Of a stretch of DNA of 35,902 nucleotides, positions 25,390-32,900 are shown piece after piece. The stretch comes from a bacterium. GTDB lineage: Bacteria; Patescibacteriota; Minisyncoccia; UBA6257; Colwellbacteraceae. The stretch covers positions 1-35,902 of the forward strand of contig JAZDFH010000014.1 in NCBI GenBank assembly GCA_043808035.1, given 5' to 3'. Under the pieces are notes generated by a model. It was not told the origin of the DNA. It searched no databases and was given only the letters and a program-made list of their open reading frames with translations. The stretch's first letter is position 1, and each line of letters starts with the position of its first letter. A program made the position numbers and the translations under genes.

Positions 25390-26811
25390 TTAACGTTTGG
25401 TAATAATCGTATATATCTTTTTAATGATAGTTTCTCTTAAGGCGAGAAGTAAGGCGAAATACGATAGCGCGCTTATGATGATGACGAGTATGACGTGTAT
25501 ATGTGATAGCAGAAGAAGATAGGTTATAATTCCCATCCCCACCGAGCTCGCTATGATTTTTTTAAGGTTACGAAAAATGGTAAAAGGCACGATAGTGCGT
25601 AGTTTGTACCATGCGTATATATTGATAGCGAGTTGGTTGCATAATGTCGAAAGAGCTGCCCCTTCGATACCGAGTGCTTTGATAAACAGTATATTAAAAA
25701 CAATATTTCCGATTACTCCCAGAACAACATAACTAAAAAGCTTTTTTTGTTCACTAAATACAAACAACGCATTTGTTATCAATGTTCCGGGAAAAACGGT
25801 GATAAATGTTGCTGCAAGGATGATAAATGTCATTCCTCCTCCTGTATATGCTTGACCATATAGAAAAGTAATGATGTGTCTGCCTGCAAGAATCCCACCG
25901 ATCGTTAAGGGGAAAGCAAGGAGAAAAATTATTTTTAGTGCTTGTTCAAATAATGATCGAAATAATTCTTTTGATTCAGCTGCTCGTTTTGCTATTTGTG
26001 GGAAAAAGGCTGTGGTAATAAGTGCGGGAGTAATATAAATGAGTTGTACGAGTTTTTGCGATGCGGCATATAACCCAACGGCGGTTTCAGGAACCATCCA
26101 ACCGAGCATGATAATATCAGTATCTATCATAACTGCTCCCATAATGCTTACGAGTCCGAATGTCCATGCTGAAGCAAAGATGTGTGATATGAGAGATAGT
26201 TTAAAATTAGCAAAAAGATTCTTAAAATACTTTCGAAGGGGGATAATTGCTGCAATAAGACCGATCCCTGTACCTATAGCGTATGCATACGCTAGGCTGA
26301 TACTTGTTCTTTGAACCAATAAGGCTGCACATCCTAATCCCGCGATTGCGACATTGGTTAGTATAATAACGATTCCTTCTATCTCCATGCGTTCAAGAGA
26401 TCTGGCAATAGCGAGTACAAAGTCGCGGAATGAGTCGAAAACGAATACGAGAAGGACTATAGGGAATAGCTGTTTGGTCTCTGGAAGTGTGCTGAGAAAA
26501 GGAGAAAGGATAAGCGCTGTTATTCCCAATAGAGAGACAAGAACAAGTTTTATAAAAAAAGCCGTTGCAAGATATTGGTCCCGCATATGAGGATTCTTGT
26601 TCCCTTCCCTCACAAGGAGTCCGTTAATTCCGGTATCGGCAAATATTGTAAGAAACGCAGCAACGCTGAGCGCGTAAGAGAATGCTCCCCAACTTGCAGC
26701 TCCTAAAACACGAGCGGCATAGATAATGATTGCTGCTCGAATAAGACGTCCGGTGATCTGCCCACCGAACAGCCACGCGGTGTTCTTTGCAATTTTTTTA
26801 TGGCTATCCAT
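25390..26811 (-). CDS. Polysaccharide/oligosaccharide flippase, Wzx-type (MOP superfamily, Polysacc_synt family)
   Basis: 473 aa with about 12-14 hydrophobic helices. The N-terminus KNTAWLFGGQITGRLIRAAIIIYAARVLGAASWGAFSYA is typical of Wzx/Polysacc_synt proteins. Confidence 0.8.
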   Translation of the reverse strand: MDSHKKIAKNTAWLFGGQITGRLIRAAIIIYAARVLGAASWGAFSYALSVAAFLTIFADTGINGLLVREGNKNPHMRDQYLATAFFIKLVLVSLLGITALILSPFLSTLPETKQLFPIVLLVFVFDSFRDFVLAIARSLERMEIEGIVIILTNVAIAGLGCAALLVQRTSISLAYAYAIGTGIGLIAAIIPLRKYFKNLFANFKLSLISHIFASAWTFGLVSIMGAVMIDTDIIMLGWMVPETAVGLYAASQKLVQLIYITPALITTAFFPQIAKRAAESKELFRSLFEQALKIIFLLAFPLTIGGILAGRHIITFLYGQAYTGGGMTFIILAATFITVFPGTLITNALFVFSEQKKLFSYVVLGVIGNIVFNILFIKALGIEGAALSTLCNQLAINIYAWYKLRTIVPFTIFRNLKKIIASSVGMGIITYLLLLSHIHVILVIIISALSYFALLLALRETIIKKIYTIITKR

Positions 26812-26947
26812 TGTGTTTGATTATACCATCTCTCCCTATTGATATTGTATATACCATATTTTTTCGAGAAAATATCTAAAATCTTTTCAATTTTTTATTT
26901 TTGGAGTACTCTGTATATACGTCGGGAACAAAGAGAATCTTTTAATT

Positions 26948-27190
26948 ATGATAAAAATTTATAGTACACCGGTGTGTCCATATTGTGTGGTAGCGAAAGA
27001 ATTTTTGAAAAAAAACAATATATCGTTTGAAGATATCAATGTCGCAGCAGATGAAAATGTTGCGAAAGAAATGATAGAAAAGTCTCATCAAATGGGAGTT
27101 CCTGTTATTGATGTCGACGGAGAGATATTTGTTGGTTTTAATCGCGCAGAGCTGGAGAATGCATTAAAGGCTAAAGGTTTACTTTCATAA
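26948..27190 (+). CDS. Glutaredoxin-like small redox protein (CPYC active site)
   Basis: 80 aa: IKIYSTPVCPYCVVAKEFL...MGVPVIDVDGEIFVGF is a thioredoxin-fold glutaredoxin/NrdH-like pattern. Confidence 0.85.
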   Translation: MIKIYSTPVCPYCVVAKEFLKKNNISFEDINVAADENVAKEMIEKSHQMGVPVIDVDGEIFVGFNRAELENALKAKGLLS

Positions 27191-27225
27191 AAAATGTCGA
27201 GAGAAAGAAAATTGTTATAAAAAAT

Positions 27226-27447
27226 ATGACTTATAGATGTGAACAATGTTTATCGATTTCTGATCAAGAAGAATTATGTCCCATGTGTGGAGTCCCTATG
27301 AGAGAACGCGTTGGAGTTTCTGCTAAAAAGGAAGAAGCAAAGAATCAAGACGATCTGGTGACAGCAGAAGAAACTACAGCTACAAACGGGACAAAAGAAG
27401 AAACAGAAGTAGACGTTGAGACAGACGAATTAAAGAAATCGGAATAG
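27226..27447 (+). CDS. Small zinc-ribbon protein with an acidic C-terminal tail
   Basis: MTYRCEQCLSISDQEELCPMCGVPM has CxxC-x13-CxxC, followed by an E/T/D/K-rich tail. It lies between the glutaredoxin gene and trxB and is followed by a terminator. Confidence 0.5.
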   Translation: MTYRCEQCLSISDQEELCPMCGVPMRERVGVSAKKEEAKNQDDLVTAEETTATNGTKEETEVDVETDELKKSE

Positions 27448-27470
27448 ATAGTACCTCTTTAGTTTTTTTA

Positions 27471-27506
27471 CGAAAGCACCTTCTTACATGAAGGTGCTTT
27501 CGTTTT
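27471..27506 (+). terminator. Rho-independent terminator after the Zn-ribbon gene
   Basis: cgaaagcaccttc ttacat gaaggtgctttcg is a 13-bp stem followed by tttt. Confidence 0.85.
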
Positions 27507-27526
27507 CAAAACAATAAGTTGAGAAG

Positions 27527-27532
27527 TATAAT
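27527..27532 (+). promoter_or_regulatory. Consensus -10 box (TATAAT) placed for a leaderless trxB transcript
   Basis: tataat ends 6 nt before the A of the trxB ATG (27539). No SD lies in between, and only 32 bp separate the upstream terminator from the start codon. Confidence 0.4.
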
Positions 27533-27538
27533 AAAAAC

Positions 27539-28462
27539 ATGTATGACTTAATTATTATTGGAGGTGGCCCGGGAGGTATAGCGGCAGGTATATACGCTGC
27601 ACGTAAGAAGATAAAAACAGCGCTCATTACAAAAGAGTTTGGTGGGCAGTCGATTGTTTCTGAAGAAATTCAGAATTGGGTAGGAGAAAAAAGTATTTCG
27701 GGTATTACCTTAGCAAAAAAATTAGAGGAACATATCCGTGCGCAAGAAGGTATAGATATTATTGAAGGCACCTTGATTAATCATATTGAGAAACAAAACG
27801 ATGGGTTTCGTGTTATTACTCACGAAAAGAAAGAATATATCACAAAAACAGTCCTCGTTACTTCTGGGAGCAGACGCAGACGTCTTGGTGTGCTAGGAGA
27901 AGAGAATTTCGAGGGTCGGGGAGTAGTCTTTTGTGCTACCTGTGATGCTCCCTTGTTTAGAGGGAGGAAAGTAGCAGTCATTGGTAGTGGAAATTCCGGG
28001 CTTGAAGCGGTCGTAGACCTATTTTCATACGCAGACCACATTTATCTTTTCTTACGAAGCGAAGAAATGAGAGGGGATGCGGTGACACAAGAGAAAATTC
28101 GCAAGAGCGATAAAGTAACTATTATCTTTAATACAGAGATTAAAGAAGTACTGGGGGAAATTATGGTTACGGGGATAAAGTATAAAGACAAGAAAAGCAG
28201 TGAAGAGAAGATTATAGACGTTGGCGGCATTTTCGTTGAAATTGGTTCACAACCAAATTCAGAATTTGTAAAACATTTGGTTGATTGTAACGAGTATGGA
28301 GAAATTAAGGTTGATTGCAAAACACAACGTACAACATGTACCGGCATTTGGGCGTCTGGTGACGTCTCGGACGCATTCTATAAACAAAATAACATTTCAG
28401 CAGGAGATTCAATAAAAGCAGTATTGAATATTAAAGAATACCTTACACGGGATATAAATTAA
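27539..28462 (+). CDS. trxB: Thioredoxin-disulfide reductase
   Basis: FAD site LIIIGGGPGGIAAGIYAAR, redox centre CATCDAP, NADPH site VAVIGSGNSGLEAV and WASGDV are present, at 307 aa. Confidence 0.92.
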   Translation: MYDLIIIGGGPGGIAAGIYAARKKIKTALITKEFGGQSIVSEEIQNWVGEKSISGITLAKKLEEHIRAQEGIDIIEGTLINHIEKQNDGFRVITHEKKEYITKTVLVTSGSRRRRLGVLGEENFEGRGVVFCATCDAPLFRGRKVAVIGSGNSGLEAVVDLFSYADHIYLFLRSEEMRGDAVTQEKIRKSDKVTIIFNTEIKEVLGEIMVTGIKYKDKKSSEEKIIDVGGIFVEIGSQPNSEFVKHLVDCNEYGEIKVDCKTQRTTCTGIWASGDVSDAFYKQNNISAGDSIKAVLNIKEYLTRDIN

Positions 28463-28526
28463 AATAATTATTGGACTAATTGTTTACTAATAGTAGTTAC
28501 TCTGATGAATCAACTTTTTTCACTGT

Positions 28527-28562
28527 ACTATACTGAAAACGCGATCGCGTTTTCAGTATAGT
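28527..28562. repeat. 36-bp perfect palindrome, copy 1
   Basis: actatactgaaaacgcgatcgcgttttcagtatagt is self-complementary around GATC. It lies 65 nt after the trxB stop and 24 nt before a TATAAT (28586-28591) that precedes the PaaX-like gene. Confidence 0.95.
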
Positions 28563-28611
28563 GAAATAAAAGTATTAAAAGGCGTTATAATAGAAAAAGA
28601 TTATATTGATT

Positions 28612-29181
28612 ATGAGGAGAGGAGAAATTATTAAAAACATTTTGGAAAATTTGGAAGCGGGGATTTCGGATAGTATTGATTTATTCGAAGCAATTTTGAT
28701 TTCCGGGTATGGTGCATCGTATCGTACGATAGACTCGAATTTAACAAAAATTCAACTTAATCATGGTATTTCTGATACTGCAAGAGAAAGAAAAAAGCAA
28801 AATTTTTATTGTCTGCTTTCCAAGCTTAAAAAAGAAGGATTTGTAGAAAAAAATGAATCAAACTATACACTTACACGGTTAGGAAGGTGGAAGCTCAAAC
28901 AGTTAAGCCTTTATTTGCCGTTTAAAACTTCATATAAGCAAGAAAAGGATAGCTCTTTCAAGATAATTATTTTCGATATCCCCGAAAAAAAGAGGTATAA
29001 GCGAGATTGGCTCCGATCTGTTTTAACAGAATTAGGTTTTCAAAAATTGCAACGCAGTGTATGGGCTGGGAAGAAAAAAGTGCCTGAAGATTTTATTAAT
29101 GACCTTAAAGAATTTCAGCTTCTCGAATATATAGATATTTTTGCAGTTACTAAAACAGGTACTATTAAGGTAATAACATAG
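28612..29181 (+). CDS. PaaX-like (COG3327-type) transcriptional regulator: N-terminal wHTH plus C-terminal alpha/beta domain
   Basis: The C-terminal block FKIIIFDIPEKKRYKRDWLRSVLTELGFQKLQRSVWAGKKKVPEDF matches the I-x-FDIPE...R..L...GF..LQ.SVW pattern of PaaX-family proteins. The N-terminal region ...FYCLLSKLKKEGFVEK... is wHTH-like. The start is ATG 28612 or TTG 28606. Confidence 0.55.
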   Translation: MRRGEIIKNILENLEAGISDSIDLFEAILISGYGASYRTIDSNLTKIQLNHGISDTARERKKQNFYCLLSKLKKEGFVEKNESNYTLTRLGRWKLKQLSLYLPFKTSYKQEKDSSFKIIIFDIPEKKRYKRDWLRSVLTELGFQKLQRSVWAGKKKVPEDFINDLKEFQLLEYIDIFAVTKTGTIKVIT

Positions 29182-29308
29182 TTGCCGATTACTGTTCTGC
29201 CGATTAAATAACGGTTATTAGCCTACTATACTGAAAACGCGATCGCGTTTTCAGTATAGTAGATGTTTCTTTGCCGATAGTCGTTTTTTCGTAATCAATT
29301 GCCGATTT
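29182..29308 (+). repeat. Four direct copies of TGCCGAT(T/A), two on each side of palindrome copy 2
   Basis: ttgccgatta at 29182-29191, ctgccgatta at 29197-29206, ttgccgatag at 29271-29280 and ttgccgattt at 29299-29308. Confidence 0.7.
29223..29262. repeat. Perfect palindrome, copy 2 (40 bp; the same 36-bp core plus 2 bp on each side)
   Basis: ctactatactgaaaacgcgatcgcgttttcagtatagtag lies 42 nt after the PaaX-like stop and 187 nt before the next start codon. Confidence 0.95.
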
Positions 29309-29448
29309 GTGGATAAAACGTAATTGTTATTATGGAATAAATTAGTTATTCTGTGAAACGACATGAATGGAATCATTTTGTAGAAAAAAATTTTAAAGTT
29401 ATCGCCGTGTAATTCGATTCAAAAAATCTAAAAACAAAATTTATATCT

Positions 29449-29949
29449 ATGGACATAAAAAAACATTTCAAAAAATACGGTATAGTCGTGGCGATTATTA
29501 TTTCTTTTGGGATTATTGTTGCTCTCGCAGTACAGGTGCCATCTTTTTTGCGGAGGAGAGAGTTGGACAGAATGGTTCACGATATGAAACAAGCAGAAGA
29601 AGATTGGCACGCTGCGCAGATGGCTGATACGTATGGCGGCACAACACCGCAGGAGACATTGAGGATGTTTATTGATGCCATGGAAAAAGAGGACTACGAA
29701 CTGGCAAGTAAGTATTTTGTTATTGAACGACAGCAGGAGGAATTGGATGGAATGGGAACAGCGCCAAAAGAGAATATAGATAATGTTCTTGTTATGCTTC
29801 GGGAGTGCTTGGATGCGATGGATACTCATCCATTGGAAGAGGTGGGCAGCTATTCTTTTAATAATAAAAATGGATACTTAATTGAAAAGCCTATAGCTGT
29901 TGATTTCTTTTTATATCCGAATGGTATCTGGAAGATTGAGGAAATATAA
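29449..29949 (+). CDS. Small membrane-anchored protein of unknown function, probably co-transcribed with the giant gene downstream
   Basis: An N-terminal TM helix YGIVVAIIISFGIIVALAVQV is followed by a soluble domain of about 130 aa (TPQETLRMFIDAMEKEDYELASKYFV...). The stop is 20 nt from the next ATG. Confidence 0.6.
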   Translation: MDIKKHFKKYGIVVAIIISFGIIVALAVQVPSFLRRRELDRMVHDMKQAEEDWHAAQMADTYGGTTPQETLRMFIDAMEKEDYELASKYFVIERQQEELDGMGTAPKENIDNVLVMLRECLDAMDTHPLEEVGSYSFNNKNGYLIEKPIAVDFFLYPNGIWKIEEI

Positions 29950-29969
29950 TTTTTAATTATTTGAGAAGC

Positions 29970-32900
29970 ATGAAGAGGAAAATATTTTTTCTTTTTTTGA
30001 TTGTTTTTATGTGTTTTGGGGGTGCTAAGAGTGTCTTTGCATACGATGACGCAACCACACATCCTGCGTTAACTGATGTTATTGTTGATATGTATAATCT
30101 GCTGTACCCGGGTGATGCTTTTACCGCTGCAGAGAAGGAATGGATTATTCAAGGCAGTACCGCAGAAGATGAGGCTCCGCGGTGGATTAATCATTTTTAT
30201 GATCCTATCTCGGGAGAAGGATGGACTGCCGAGCATGCGGGCGACTTGGATACGGTTACGATGGAACGACTATCTAAGGTAGTTATTTCTTTTAGAGATG
30301 CTCTCCCGGCAAAAGATTGGGTACATAACGAAGTGGCACAAAAGGGATATAGTCGTTATGGGGGGAACCATACATGGGAAAGTGCCATACGTTCTTCTGC
30401 TAATGGCGATATACAAAACGCGTATACGTCTTTGGGGTATGTTTTGCATATTGTAGAGGATATGGCGGTTCCTGACCATACGCGCAATGATAGTCATGGA
30501 GATACTATTGCTACTCGGGGAGATGCTTCTCCGTATGAAGAATATGCGAAGAAATGGACACGCGAGACAATACGATCAAATCAAGGCATCGCGACAATGC
30601 TTAAAAATAATGTGCAGCCGCAGCAATTATTATCCTTGGATGCTCATATCTATACGCTTGCTGATTATTCGAATAAAAATTTTGTTTCAAAGGATACTAT
30701 TAGTAATGAAAAATATAGTTTACCCGACTTGAGTCGGGTGTCTTGTGAAAATGAAATTTGTTTTCATATTAGTGAAAATGGATTAAAGGTACCTCTTTTT
30801 AAAAAAATCATAGTTAGGCTCGATGAGTGGAATATAGAAGATAAGTTTATATTAGAGAATAAGAATTCATATCACCTTATTTTTGACTCATATTTTGATC
30901 GATTATCAGAGCAAGCCGTTTTACATGGAGTTGACGTTCTTCGTTTATTTAAGCAGAAAACGAAGGAAGAATTAGAAAACAGGGAATATCCGCAGTATAT
31001 CGAAGTATATGATTTTTCTTTTTTACCAGCGCCACTTTCTTCAAACGATCCAATTCCACTTGTTGCTCCTGCAGGAGAGAAAGAAGATTTTGAGAATAAG
31101 TTTCCTAAAACAGCGGGATATATAAAGAGTGTCTATGAAACACTTGCCGCTACGGCGGGGAAGGTACTATCGACTACTCAAGAGACGTGGCAGTTTATTA
31201 CATCAAGTAACGAAACGGCACAGGAACGGCTTCGGAGTGTTATTGACGTTCGTCAAGATGTTAGTGATGTTCAAAGTAATCTTGCAGTGATTTCTGCGGG
31301 TCTGGATGATAAGGGTCAAGAAATGCCATTGCCTTCGGAGCAAACAGTTGCGCCTGATGTTAAACAGCAGCAAACAACAGAGCAGCAACCAGTCATCATT
31401 CAACCATCTCAAAAAGATACTAACGTTCAGTATCAAAATACAGATGTTTCCGATGTGACGGGGAAAGATGATAGTGTGATATCTCAACCGATTGAATCAC
31501 AAAAACAAGTTATACCAGTTCCTCCTCCTGTTAATATTCCACAGCAATGTTCTTTTGACGTTATCGGAAAGACTTTTTCGTGGGAAGTTGTTATTAACGA
31601 AGTTGCGTGGATGGGGACACAGAATAGTAGTTCTGATGAATGGATAGAAATAGCGAATGTTTCGGGAGCACCTGTTGATGTTTCAGGATGGCAATTAGTT
31701 GATACCAAAGAACAGATTCACATTGTTTTCCCGTCTGCGAAAATACTTGCACCTGGAGATTTTTTGTTATTGGAACGTACCGACGATACCACTGTCCCGA
31801 ATGTTGCGGCGGATATTATTTATACAGGAGCATTGTCTAACTCAAATGAAGGTCTTCGGTTATTTGATTCGAATTGTAAAATGATGGATGAAGCGCTTGC
31901 GAGTCCGACGTGGCCTGCGGGGAGCTCAAGTGAGAAACGGACAATGGAAAGGACAGGAAGAGGTTTTTATGGGATCCAACAATGGCATTCTTCTTCCGTT
32001 ATTGGAGGAACGCCGCGACAAGCAAATTCTGAGCCATATAGACCGACATCGACCGGGGGCGGAGAGAGTAATGTGACGCATTACGTTGTTGTTTCTGATA
32101 CCACGGAGACGAAAACAGATACAAATAGTCTTTCGTTGAGCGATACAACGAGTGTCCCGTCAGTATCATCCGATATCCAAGTCAATGATGTTATTCCAGA
32201 TATTCATATTACTGAAATTATGTATGATGTAGTGGGAAGTGATGAAGGAAAAGAATGGATAGAAATTTATAACGCGGGGAGTGGATCAGTATTTCTTGAT
32301 ACATTAAATCTATATGAGAATGAGACGAATCATCGATTGGTGTGTGAAAATGCTTGCTCATTACCTGTAGGTTCATATGCAGTGATTGTTTTTGATAAGG
32401 ACACTTTTCTTGCAGAATATCCTGATTATAGTGGTGTAATAGCAAGAAGCAGTTTTTCTTTATCTAATAGTGGTGAACCGCTTGCGTTGGTATACAAAGA
32501 AGGACATATATTTGATGTTACATATTCACCAAATCAGGGAGTGAAAGGTAATGATCTATCTTTACAAGAGATTGGTGGGGTGTGGGTTGAATCAGTACCG
32601 ACTCCGGGGAGAGAGAATGTTTTTGTTGAGGTGACTGTTGGAAACGAAAATGAGCAGAATCGTGATTCTAATGATACATTGTCTGAACAAAAAGATGAGT
32701 CATCTGATGTGACTGATACGGAAAGTACTCAGGACAATCAGATAACCGAAAGCGTGGGTGATGACGAAGAAAATAGTCATGGATTAGTTGATGAGCAGCA
32801 AGAGGCGGAGTCTTCTATCGATTTAACAATAGATACCACGGTAGAAGAGACAACTATTGTGGGAGATAATGAAGACCAACACGAAGTCTTAGAGGGAGAT

